Virus record (IMG/VR): IMGVR_UViG_3300011339_000794
Coordinates: 1 to 25,114 of that record
DNA from: a virus
Lineage: Duplodnaviria > Caudoviricetes
Length of the DNA: 25,114 nucleotides
Reading direction: 5' to 3' (one strand)
Positions 12,764 through 21,920 of this stretch are shown in pieces (within the stretch, counting starts at the first letter, position 1; each line of letters opens with the position of its first letter). The position numbers were made by a program, and so were the translations under genes. The notes under the pieces are model-generated. The model was not told where the DNA came from and ran no database searches. It was given only the letters and a program-made list of their open reading frames with translations.

Positions 12764-14553
12764 ATGTTCGGCAGGACATTGACTCGCTTCTGCGCAATTA
12801 CTCCACCGAGGATTTGCTGGACGAAGCCAACCGCATGAACTACGAGGAGGATTTCTATTCCTTCTTCAAGGGCGGCTGGCGCTATTTCGATCCGTCGCCG
12901 TTCATGGATGGTATGGCGCTGGAGGCTGTGGCCTATCATCTCGAGGCAGTCATCCACGGCGACATCAAGCGTTTGATCGTCAACATCCCGCCTCGCATGT
13001 CTAAGAGCTCACTGACGTCCGTCTCTCTGCCGGCATGGACGTGGGCGCGTCGATGGGAGAGTTCCACCAGTGGCCCCGGTGTGCAGTTCCTGCATGCGTC
13101 CTACAGCCAGAGCCTCTCGCTGCGTGACTCGGTCAAGTGTCGTCGCCTAATTGAGTCGCCATGGTACCGCAAATACTGGGGCGATCGGTTCAAGCTGACC
13201 AGCGACCAGAACACCAAGACTCGGTTCGACAATGATCGCTCTGGCTCACGGCTCTGCACCTCTGTCGGGTCGACGCTGACTGGTGAAGGCGGCAACATCA
13301 TCATCGTTGACGATCCCAACGCTGCGCAGGAGGCCTTCAGCGAGGCGACGATCAACACGACCATCGAGTGGTGGGACACTGCGCTGAGCACGCGTCTCAA
13401 CAATGCTCGCGATGGTGCCTTCATCATCATCCAGCAGCGGCTGGCAGAGGACGATCTGACCGGGCACGTCTTGAGCAAGGACGTTGGCGACTGGACGCAT
13501 TTGATGCTGCCTATGCGCTACGAGATGGAGCGCCACACCCACACTGTCGTTGGCTGGGACGATCCGCGCGGCTGCGACGATGACGGGGTGCCGCTGGTCA
13601 ATGTGTTGCCGGATGGCATGCGCGTGCCGGCCTCGCCCGAGGCTGCTGCGGTCCTCCGTGAACGCGAGGGCGAGCTGCTCTGGCCAGAGCGGTTCGGCGA
13701 GAAGGAAGTCGCCCTGCTCGAGCGCACGCTCGGACCCTTCGCGGCTGCCGGCCAGCTTCAACAGCGCCCAGAGGTCAAGGGTGGCGGCATAATCAAGCGT
13801 GACTGGTGGAAGCTCTGGGACAGCGATGTGTTCCCTGAATGCGACTACATCATCGGCTCGCTCGACACCTCGTACACCGAGAAGCAGGAGAATGACCCAT
13901 CGGCCATGACTGTGTGGGGAGTGTTCTCTGGTGACCGCACCGCATACACCGACAACTTCGCGACCAATCGCCCGATGAAGCGCAATGGCGACAATGGCCT
14001 GATCAACATCGCCGATCATGCCAGCCGGTTCGACGAGGCCGCGCAGGTCAAGTTCAACCTGTCCGCCAGCCATTCGTCAGCGCCCAAGATCATCATGCTT
14101 TACGCTTGGGAGGAATGGCTCGAGTTCCCACAGCTGATCGAGAAGGTCGCACAGACCGCCAAGAAGTTCAAGCTGGACCGGCTGCTGATCGAGAACAAGG
14201 CTGCTGGCCACTCGGTCTCACAGGAGCTGCGCCGATTGTTCAGCTCGTCGGACTTCGCTGTGCAGCTGGTCGATCCCAAGGGTGTCGACAAACGCTCGAG
14301 AGTTTACGCCATCCAGCACATGTTCTCTGAAGGATTGATCTATGCGCCCGATCGCGTATGGGCAGAGAAGGTGCTCGTCCAGACTGGCATGTTCCCGAAG
14401 GCCAAGCACGATGACTTGACCGACACTGTCTCAATGGCCCTGAGCCATCTGCGCACGACTGGCATGCTCCAGCGTTCCGAAGAGATCACCCATTCAGTTC
14501 ACGAGTCAATGCGCCATCAAGGCAAACCTCCAGAGCCTCTTTACCCGGTGTGA
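12760..14553 (+). CDS. terL: Terminase large subunit
   Basis: Walker A NIPPRMSKS, Walker B IIIVDDP, IQQRL..DDL.G, WPERF, QQRP, nuclease SLDTS, IENKAAG and HDDLTD motifs. Confidence 0.95.
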   Translation: MNVRQDIDSLLRNYSTEDLLDEANRMNYEEDFYSFFKGGWRYFDPSPFMDGMALEAVAYHLEAVIHGDIKRLIVNIPPRMSKSSLTSVSLPAWTWARRWESSTSGPGVQFLHASYSQSLSLRDSVKCRRLIESPWYRKYWGDRFKLTSDQNTKTRFDNDRSGSRLCTSVGSTLTGEGGNIIIVDDPNAAQEAFSEATINTTIEWWDTALSTRLNNARDGAFIIIQQRLAEDDLTGHVLSKDVGDWTHLMLPMRYEMERHTHTVVGWDDPRGCDDDGVPLVNVLPDGMRVPASPEAAAVLREREGELLWPERFGEKEVALLERTLGPFAAAGQLQQRPEVKGGGIIKRDWWKLWDSDVFPECDYIIGSLDTSYTEKQENDPSAMTVWGVFSGDRTAYTDNFATNRPMKRNGDNGLINIADHASRFDEAAQVKFNLSASHSSAPKIIMLYAWEEWLEFPQLIEKVAQTAKKFKLDRLLIENKAAGHSVSQELRRLFSSSDFAVQLVDPKGVDKRSRVYAIQHMFSEGLIYAPDRVWAEKVLVQTGMFPKAKHDDLTDTVSMALSHLRTTGMLQRSEEITHSVHESMRHQGKPPEPLYPV

Positions 14554-14762
14554 CCATGCAGCGAGTCCTTTGCAACGCGACCGTTGATCTTCGAGATGAT
14601 GGCAAGTATTCTGTTGACGTTTGCGGCGAAAAGCCCCACGATCATGCGCGGAATTATGTGGTTGCTGCGCTGAGTGAGAAAGACGCTGCGATGTCTTGCA
14701 TTGACCAATTCGTCGCAGAGATAGAAAAACTTAGCGCTGAAGGATCCGACCAATGCCAATGA
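14550..14762 (+). CDS. Small hypothetical protein between TerL and portal
   Basis: Overlaps both neighbours; 70 aa (alternative start 14556). Confidence 0.6.
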   Translation: MTMQRVLCNATVDLRDDGKYSVDVCGEKPHDHARNYVVAALSEKDAAMSCIDQFVAEIEKLSAEGSDQCQ

Positions 14763-17089
14763 CTCCCGGTCTTGTGCCCAATCTTCGTCTTGATGATCAG
14801 GAGGAGCAAGCTCCGGCACTCCCTGACATTCTCATTGAGATGCTTGGCGAAGATCCTGACAAGCCGAAACTGGACCAGAAGGGCAATGTGCTCGAGATCG
14901 AGCATGGCGATGGATCAATCTCAATCAGCCTCGATGGTCGACCGATCAATCCTGCTGCCAAGCGTGACGACAAGAGCGATTGGTTCCGCAACCTCGCCGA
15001 AGAGATCCCGGACACTGAACTTTACAGCATCGCCGACGAGCTGATCCGTGGCATTGATCAGGATCAGTCGTCGCGTCAGGAGTGGGTCGAGGAACGCTCC
15101 ACAGGACTGCGACTGCTCGGGTTGAAGATCGAGATTCCGGGCATTGGCGGATCCGCTGACGGTGCGCCGGTAGAGGGCATGAGCCGCGTGCGCCACCCTC
15201 TGCTGTTGGAGGCTGTGCTGCGGTTTCAGGCCAATGCGCGCTCCGAGATGCTGCCCACGGATGGTCCGGTCAAGATCCGCAACGACAACAACAATGCGGA
15301 CCTCGCTGAGGATCAGCTGGGCAATGCCCTTGAACGGGACATGAACCACTACCTCACCAGCACAGCCAAGGAATATTACCCCGACACCGACCGCATGCTG
15401 CTCATGCTCGGTTTTGGCGGCACCGCATTCAAGAAGGTGTACTTCTGCCCATTGCGCAATCGTCCGGTCAGCGAGAGTGTTGATGCGGACGACCTGATCG
15501 TCAACAATGCGGCGACTGATCTGAGCAATGCCAAACGGATTACGCACCGTGTCATGATGCGCCCTTCGGTCGTGAAGCGTCTGCAGATCCTCGGAGTGTA
15601 CCGAGACATTGAGCTGTCGACACCGTCGCCGGCAAAGCTCGACTCTGTTCAGCGCGAGAAGAAGAGCCAGCAGGGCATCGCTCAGGATGATGCATCGCCG
15701 GAGGATCGCGATCGCGAAATCTACGAGTGCTATTGTGAGCTGGACCTTCCAGGCTTTGAGCACAAGATCAAGAGCAAAGAGACCGGCCTCGAGATTCCGT
15801 ACCGTGTCACCATTGATCTGACGTCCAAAGAGATTTTGTCCATCGTCCGTAACTACGACGAGGACGACAATGATCTGCCGGAGGCCAAGGCTAACTTCGT
15901 CAAATACACGTTTGTTCCTGGGTTTGGGTTTTACGACATTGGGCTGTTGAACATCCTCGGTAACACGACCAACGCGATCACTGCCGCTTGGCGAGAGCTG
16001 CTGGATGCTGGCATGTACGCCAACTTCCCGGGATTCCTGTTCTCTGATCAGGGTCTGCGCCAGAACACCAACATCTTCCGTGTTCCGCCCGGTGGCGGCG
16101 CGTCGATCAAGACTGGCGGCATGGACATTCGCCAAGCCATCATGCCGCTGCCTTACAAAGAGCCATCTGCTGCACTGATGACGCTGGTCGCCAACATGGC
16201 CGACACCGGCATGCGTTTGGGTGGCACGAGCGAGCAGCAGGTCGGTGAGGGCAGGGCGGATGCTCCGGTCGGCACCACGTTGGCGATGATCGAGCAAGCC
16301 ACCAAGATCCTCAATGCTGTCCACAAACGGATGCATGCCGCTCAGGCAGAAGAGTTCCGGCTGCTGATGGATTGCTTCAAGGAGCACCCTGACAGTTTCT
16401 GGCAGCGCAACAAGAAGCCCGCCAAGCAGTGGGATGAGGCCACCTTCCTTCAGGCTTTGAACGACTGTGACCTTGTGCCACAGGCCGACCCGAACACTGC
16501 CAGCCATTCGCAGCGTGTGATGAAGATCATGGCGCTGAAGGAGCTGCAGAAGCAGAACCCGACGATGTACGATCCAATCGCGATCGACACCGCAGCGCTG
16601 CAGGCCATTGGCTGGAGCAATCCGCAACAGTTCCTCGTGCCAGCCTCTGCGCAGGGCAAGATGCCTCCCGAGATGGAGAAGGCAATTGCGGAACTGCAGA
16701 TCAAGAAGCAGGACGTCGACATCAAGGGCAAGCTCGCCGATGCCAAGGTGGCCGAGATTATCTCGAATATCCAGCAAAGTGCTCAAGGCGGCGATGCCGG
16801 CAAAGTCGCGCCATTCGACCCAATGAAGATTGCCGAGCTTCAGCTCAAGCAAATGGAACTGCGCGAAAAGTCCAAAGACTCAGAGCTTGAGGCGATGAAC
16901 CGCAAACGCGATCGCGAAAGCCACGAGCGTCTCGCTGCGATCAAGTTTGCTCAGGACATGGCCAAGAATCCGCAGGGTCTCCCGATCGCAAATTCGATCG
17001 TCCGTCCTGACATGATCCAGCGTCTTGAAGAGAATGAAGAGCCGATGAATGTCGGCCAGCCCGGTCAGCTCCTGAAACCGATTGAGTGA
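14753..17089 (+). CDS. Portal protein
   Basis: Position after TerL; HPLLLEAVLRFQA, G.AFKKVY, PGFGFY.IGL, DAG...N.PG, PVGTT.A..EQ and ADPN motifs; coiled-coil C-terminus. Confidence 0.9.
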   Translation: MPMTPGLVPNLRLDDQEEQAPALPDILIEMLGEDPDKPKLDQKGNVLEIEHGDGSISISLDGRPINPAAKRDDKSDWFRNLAEEIPDTELYSIADELIRGIDQDQSSRQEWVEERSTGLRLLGLKIEIPGIGGSADGAPVEGMSRVRHPLLLEAVLRFQANARSEMLPTDGPVKIRNDNNNADLAEDQLGNALERDMNHYLTSTAKEYYPDTDRMLLMLGFGGTAFKKVYFCPLRNRPVSESVDADDLIVNNAATDLSNAKRITHRVMMRPSVVKRLQILGVYRDIELSTPSPAKLDSVQREKKSQQGIAQDDASPEDRDREIYECYCELDLPGFEHKIKSKETGLEIPYRVTIDLTSKEILSIVRNYDEDDNDLPEAKANFVKYTFVPGFGFYDIGLLNILGNTTNAITAAWRELLDAGMYANFPGFLFSDQGLRQNTNIFRVPPGGGASIKTGGMDIRQAIMPLPYKEPSAALMTLVANMADTGMRLGGTSEQQVGEGRADAPVGTTLAMIEQATKILNAVHKRMHAAQAEEFRLLMDCFKEHPDSFWQRNKKPAKQWDEATFLQALNDCDLVPQADPNTASHSQRVMKIMALKELQKQNPTMYDPIAIDTAALQAIGWSNPQQFLVPASAQGKMPPEMEKAIAELQIKKQDVDIKGKLADAKVAEIISNIQQSAQGGDAGKVAPFDPMKIAELQLKQMELREKSKDSELEAMNRKRDRESHERLAAIKFAQDMAKNPQGLPIANSIVRPDMIQRLEENEEPMNVGQPGQLLKPIE

Positions 17090-20027
17090 TGCCATGAAGC
17101 GAGACGCTCTTCGCCTAGCCAAGGATGTCATCACCAGCCGTCGCAAGCGTGCCGATGGCGGCACTGACGAATGGCAGTCGACGGGCAAACTCCTCAGGGA
17201 TGACAAATCGATCAATTGGGGCGACAGCGACAGCGCAGCTGACTTTTTCCGTGCAGACAAGGAGCAGCGCCTCCGGGATGAGGCAAAGCTCGTAGACAGG
17301 GCCGAGCCTGCACCAGCTCCAAAACGGACCGCTGAAGGCCGACAGATGGCTCCGGCTAGGGTTGCCCCGGCCAAGGCCGAGATGTCCGCCGTTGAGGCTC
17401 CTGCACCGGCTCCTGCGCGCACAGCCGAAGGCCGACAGATAACCCCGGATTGGGAGTATCAAGAGCCGCTCAACGACGAGCAGCGCAAAGCTCTGGCCCT
17501 TCAGCAATGGACTGATGCTGGCCAAAAAAACACGCCGGATGCGCCTGTCAGGGACATTTTGGGCATCAAGGCACCGTCGCCCTCGTTCGGCCAGCCCAGC
17601 CCCAATGCACCCAACTTCGCTGCCGCACAGGGCATCACTCCTGGCGCTCCCGATTGGCGGCGTGCATCGCTTCCGCAGGAAGGTGGCGGTAAGCACACCA
17701 ACCGCGTCGCACCTCTGACGCCGCCAGCTGCTGCGCCACAGGAGACACCGACCGGCATGCCGCGTCAGGCCTTGAGCTTCGGCCCAATGCAGGATGCGCC
17801 AGCGCCTGTTGCGAGCCAGAACCAAGCCGATCAGGTTTGGCAGCGGATGATCACACAAGAGTCCGGCAACCGACAGTTCGACCGGAGCGGAAGGCCAATC
17901 ACCTCAAAAGCTGGCGCTCTCGGAATGGCTCAGGTCATGCCCGGCACAGGGCCAGAGGCTGCGCGACTGGCCGGTCTGCCTTGGAGCCTTGACCGGCTGC
18001 GGAATGATCCGGAATACAACTATGCATTGGGTCGCGCCTATTACGACGAGCAGCTGCGCCAGTTCGGCAGCCCCGTCATCGCAGCCGCAGCCGACAACGG
18101 TGGCCCCGGTCGCGTGACGAAAGCTCTGCAGCTGGCAGAGCGCACCAACCGACCATTCACTGATTTCCTCAAGCCAGAAACTCGCGACTATGTCCGCATT
18201 GTGGCATCGCCCTCCTCGCGTCGCCCTCCGTTGCGTTTCGGCAGCCCGGAAGGCTATGCTGACGGCGGACGCACCGGCTACGCCGATGAGGGTGCTGTTG
18301 TCCCATCCGACGATAGCGCAGTCTACGACCCGATGGGCAATGTGGCTGTGCCGGCTGCAACGACAGATCCCAATGCGAAGGAAGGCCTCTACGACACTGC
18401 GATGAAGAAGGTTGGCGAGATCGGTGAAGCCATTGGCTCTCCGATCACGAAAGGTCTTCAAACGGCTGCGGATGATTACCGCAAAAACCTCGCACATCAT
18501 TCTGAGTCAGCGGCTGCGCTTCAGTCTCAGGCGAACAAGGATTCATCTGGTGAGCGCGGATGGCAGGGTCGTCTGCTTGCGCCGCTCGAGTCAGCAAATT
18601 CTATGATGGGCACCGCTTTTGCACCAGTGAGTGCTGCTGCGACATCGGTCGGCAATGCTGCGACCTACCTGACGGGCAATCCCGGATTCGGCCAACGCGC
18701 AGAGTTCCTCGCTGGTTTCGCAGATCCATCACACGTCGGCCTCGCCAAAGTCGGAGCGATGAAGCTAGGCAAGATCGCTGAAGATGTCGCCCCATACAGT
18801 GCGATGTTCGTCCCTGTGGCGAGGAACGACCCTGCTCTAGCGACCGCCAAGCAGCTGCTCGCTGAAGGCAAAACAGCTGACCAGATCAAAGCATCGACAG
18901 GCATCCATTTTGGCCCTGAGAGTCATTTTGGATCGTACGAACTCAAATCAAATGTTCCAAATGAGTTCGGCAGATACCAGCGCGAAGGAGTGATGCCCCA
19001 GAATCCTGAATCTCGTCCGATGAAAGAGATCAGCGATGAAGGTTTGGTTCTCAGCCGAGATCCAGCCAATGACACTCCACTCAGCAGAAATCAAACAATT
19101 GAATCATACACATTTGAACACCCAGAGCTAGCGAGCCAATTCCCTGAGTTGGCTGGTGCATATCAAGACATCAAGGTCCATCCTGATTTTACCCCAGAAG
19201 GATCTTTTTGGGACCACACAGAAATTGCACCTGGACAGTGGGGTCCAAAACTTCAAGTCCGTGCACCTTCAGTTGAAGAAGCACGGAGCGTTGCAGCCCA
19301 TGAAATTCAACATTTTGTTGCTGAAACAGGAGGCCTTGAGCAAGGGGCCAACCCAATTGACCAAAACCTAATAGATTTCCACAGCCACATTTTTAACGAG
19401 GCAAAAAACGAAATTGCCAAAGTTCAAAATGAAAGGTCTGCATTTGCAGAGGCTGCTGCTGAAGAATACAAAAAATATTATAAAATTGATCCTAATTCAG
19501 ACATGGGCATGTGGGAATTAAATCACGTTCGCAATGAAGCTGAAAATCAATGGCTGCAGAACCTTAAAAAAACAGACCCTGAAAGAGTCAAAGAGATTGA
19601 ACGTGCAATGTACATTCAGCAGAGGATCCCAACCGCATATGAAATGTATCAGCACATGTATGGTGAGGCTTTGGCGCGCACGACACAAGATCGAATTAAC
19701 ATCCCGAAAGCGGAAAGAGACCAGAACCCAGTAAGATTCAATTACAATCAATATCAGGGCAAAGGCCAGCCAGACATTCTTACGCCAATACCAGAGGAAA
19801 ATCTTTTCTCTAATAAAGACTATTCTGATTACCGCGATGCAAACTCTGGTTTTGTGTACAGCACTCCAACCAAAGCGCCAAATAAAAAAGACGGCGGCGC
19901 TGTTGACGAAAATGTAAAAAAGGAAGATGCTCTTATCAGAGCAATGGACATTTCGAGATTCGGCACTGACGCTGTCCAGTCAGCCGTGAACCTTGCAAGA
20001 CAGCACCGGGGACGCCCGGACTCCTAG
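17082..20027 (+). CDS. Large modular virion/ejection protein with a lytic transglycosylase (SLT) domain and an LPD23-like HExxH domain
   Basis: SLT motifs QESG...SKAGALGMAQVMPGT...NGGPG...ETRDYV; later KEISD...HPEL...PEL...HEIQH...Y....GEA.AR. TTG start at 17082, or ATG at 17094. Confidence 0.75.
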   Translation: MSDAMKRDALRLAKDVITSRRKRADGGTDEWQSTGKLLRDDKSINWGDSDSAADFFRADKEQRLRDEAKLVDRAEPAPAPKRTAEGRQMAPARVAPAKAEMSAVEAPAPAPARTAEGRQITPDWEYQEPLNDEQRKALALQQWTDAGQKNTPDAPVRDILGIKAPSPSFGQPSPNAPNFAAAQGITPGAPDWRRASLPQEGGGKHTNRVAPLTPPAAAPQETPTGMPRQALSFGPMQDAPAPVASQNQADQVWQRMITQESGNRQFDRSGRPITSKAGALGMAQVMPGTGPEAARLAGLPWSLDRLRNDPEYNYALGRAYYDEQLRQFGSPVIAAAADNGGPGRVTKALQLAERTNRPFTDFLKPETRDYVRIVASPSSRRPPLRFGSPEGYADGGRTGYADEGAVVPSDDSAVYDPMGNVAVPAATTDPNAKEGLYDTAMKKVGEIGEAIGSPITKGLQTAADDYRKNLAHHSESAAALQSQANKDSSGERGWQGRLLAPLESANSMMGTAFAPVSAAATSVGNAATYLTGNPGFGQRAEFLAGFADPSHVGLAKVGAMKLGKIAEDVAPYSAMFVPVARNDPALATAKQLLAEGKTADQIKASTGIHFGPESHFGSYELKSNVPNEFGRYQREGVMPQNPESRPMKEISDEGLVLSRDPANDTPLSRNQTIESYTFEHPELASQFPELAGAYQDIKVHPDFTPEGSFWDHTEIAPGQWGPKLQVRAPSVEEARSVAAHEIQHFVAETGGLEQGANPIDQNLIDFHSHIFNEAKNEIAKVQNERSAFAEAAAEEYKKYYKIDPNSDMGMWELNHVRNEAENQWLQNLKKTDPERVKEIERAMYIQQRIPTAYEMYQHMYGEALARTTQDRINIPKAERDQNPVRFNYNQYQGKGQPDILTPIPEENLFSNKDYSDYRDANSGFVYSTPTKAPNKKDGGAVDENVKKEDALIRAMDISRFGTDAVQSAVNLARQHRGRPDS

Positions 20028-20036
20028 GAGAACGCC

Positions 20037-21203
20037 ATGAGTGAGATGTCCAAAGCTGCACGTGCGGCTATGAAAAAGAAAGCCGAAAAGCTGACGACCG
20101 CTGATCCGAGCCAGAAGGTTGACTCGTCCACATGGTCGCCTCCTGAGCCTTTGAATGCGGATGTCAAGACGGGCATGCGCCCGGTCAGCCGTCGCGCCTA
20201 CAAGAAGGGCGGCAAGGTCGAAGGCGAAGCTGCACCAATGCGTGCTGACCGCAAGCCCCGCAAGGCTGGCGGCAAGTCTGAAATGCCTTTGGTCGACCGT
20301 TTCATCAACAAAGACCTAAAGAAGGCCAACGAATATCGCGAAGGTGTCAAGCACGTCGGCGGAATGAACAAGGGTGGTCGAACGAAGAAAAACTTCGGCG
20401 GTCCACTGATGCAGCCCGGTGGGATGATGTCTGCAAATCCCGAAATGGGAGGTGTTGCTCCTGATCAATCAAACATGTCAATGAGAGACCCTCGTGAGGA
20501 CATGGTCGGCAAGAGCCGGTTCAATTTTATCGGAGCCTCTGGCAACCCCAGACTGAAGAATGGCGGCAAGGCTGAAAAACACGACGACGCCAAACAGGAC
20601 ATGGCTCTGATCAAGAAGATGGTCAAGCCTGCAGCCCGCAAGGCTCGCAAGGAAGGCGGCGGTGTGTTCACTGGCCCAAGTTATCCGGGCAAAGTTCCCG
20701 GTGTCGTTCCCGGTGGGCGCACAGCTCGTGCTTCTGGAGGCAAGGCCGGCAAAGGCAAGACCAATGTGAACATCATCATCGCCACTGGCCAGCATGGTCA
20801 GGGCGAAGGCGCTGGCATGATGCCTCCCGGTGGCATGCCGCCGAAACCTCCCGGTGGGATGCCTATCGCTGTTCCGCCGCCTCCGAATCCAGCAGCGGGT
20901 GCTCCTGCGCCGACAATCATGCCGATGATGATGCCTTCCGCTCCTCCGCAGTCCGCTGGCGGTCCGCCGCCAATGGGTCGCAAAGCGGGTGGCCGCACCT
21001 TCCGTTCTTACAAGGACATGAAGGCTGGTGCCGGCTCTGGCGAAGGTCGTTTGGAGAAATCTGAAATCTCCGAACACAAGCGCATGATGCGGAAAGACGG
21101 CGGTCACGTCTATCCGAAGATGAAATTCGGCGCTGGTTCAGGCGAAGGTCGTATCGAAAAGACCGAGAAGTATGGCCTGACTGGTCCCGGAAAGGCTCGC
21201 TGA
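20037..21203 (+). CDS. Basic low-complexity putative internal virion protein with repeated (R/K)xxGG motifs
   Basis: AGGAG RBS; K/G/P/M-rich; C-terminal duplication MKxGAGSGEGRxEKxE. Confidence 0.7.
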   Translation: MSEMSKAARAAMKKKAEKLTTADPSQKVDSSTWSPPEPLNADVKTGMRPVSRRAYKKGGKVEGEAAPMRADRKPRKAGGKSEMPLVDRFINKDLKKANEYREGVKHVGGMNKGGRTKKNFGGPLMQPGGMMSANPEMGGVAPDQSNMSMRDPREDMVGKSRFNFIGASGNPRLKNGGKAEKHDDAKQDMALIKKMVKPAARKARKEGGGVFTGPSYPGKVPGVVPGGRTARASGGKAGKGKTNVNIIIATGQHGQGEGAGMMPPGGMPPKPPGGMPIAVPPPPNPAAGAPAPTIMPMMMPSAPPQSAGGPPPMGRKAGGRTFRSYKDMKAGAGSGEGRLEKSEISEHKRMMRKDGGHVYPKMKFGAGSGEGRIEKTEKYGLTGPGKAR

Positions 21204-21287
21204 GAGAGGCCTCCCCAACGATCTCAGCGATGGAGCGCGCCACCTTTGCCCTCTTTTGGTGGCGCGCTCCTGTTCTAAAAGAGGGCA
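21197..21287 (+). other. Structured cis-regulatory RNA candidate: hairpin plus H-type pseudoknot or switch
   Basis: Pairings 21197-21205/21222-21230, 21232-21244/21258-21270 (13 bp) and 21247-21257/21277-21287 (11 bp). Confidence 0.6.
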
Positions 21288-21297
21288 TGAGGGAAAG

Positions 21298-21495
21298 ATG
21301 ATAACCAACGCAAAACTATTCGAGCACGAGCTCACAAAGCTCATTGCCGAACAAATTGACCGGCTGAAAAACAACATGGCGGTCAATAACTATGAGGAAG
21401 TCGGCCAATTCAAATATTTGATGGGACAGATTGCCGCGCTATCCTCGCTTCAAGATCTAATCGATGAAGCAAAACAGAGAACAGACAAACACTAG
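21298..21495 (+). CDS. Small head-module protein (YEEV...LMGQI..L)
   Basis: GAGGGA RBS; 65 aa; occupies the usual position before GroES-like genes. Confidence 0.7.
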   Translation: MITNAKLFEHELTKLIAEQIDRLKNNMAVNNYEEVGQFKYLMGQIAALSSLQDLIDEAKQRTDKH

Positions 21496-21515
21496 AATTA
21501 ATGGAGAAGAGGGCA

Positions 21516-21908
21516 ATGCCGTATATGGAAATGGATCACGAGATTGATCCGCGCACAAAGATTCTCGACGAAATCAAGTCGCTCGATGGGGTTGAGATCT
21601 ACAACAATCAGGTCCTGCTCGCAGTTTACATGCGACCGACGAAAACCAAAACAGGGATCATTCTGACCGATCAGTATGTGGGAGAGGATCTTTACCAGTC
21701 AAAGGTTGGACTTGTTCTTATGAAGGGTCCATCTGCATTCGTTGAAAAAGAGGAGCTCTGGTTTAAAGATGTCAATGTAAATGAAGGTGATTGGGTGATG
21801 TTTCGGCCTTCTGACGGGTGGCAAATCAACATAAACGGCACAAAGTGTCGGATTATGGATGATATTCACATTCGTGGGAAGATCCAAAATCCCGACAACG
21901 TCTGGTAA
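21516..21908 (+). CDS. groES: GroES-like co-chaperonin
   Basis: NQVLL...KTKTGIILTD...KVGLVLMKGP.A.......GDWVMF...G......CRIMDD..I.G, the Cpn10 pattern. Confidence 0.85.
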   Translation: MPYMEMDHEIDPRTKILDEIKSLDGVEIYNNQVLLAVYMRPTKTKTGIILTDQYVGEDLYQSKVGLVLMKGPSAFVEKEELWFKDVNVNEGDWVMFRPSDGWQININGTKCRIMDDIHIRGKIQNPDNVW

Positions 21909-21920
21909 AGGAGAAAGCAA

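Noticed and set aside
13246-14073. 275-aa minus-strand ORF; possible intein or intron in terL
   Set aside because: Antisense shadow. TerL is continuous; its extra segments are short and lack intein (C/S...HN) or homing-endonuclease motifs.
14921-16852. 643-aa minus-strand ORF
   Set aside because: Antisense shadow of the portal gene, explained by GC-rich codon bias; no recognisable motifs.
17325-17440. Short duplication RTAEGRQ / APAPA
   Set aside because: Ordinary local duplication in a disordered linker.
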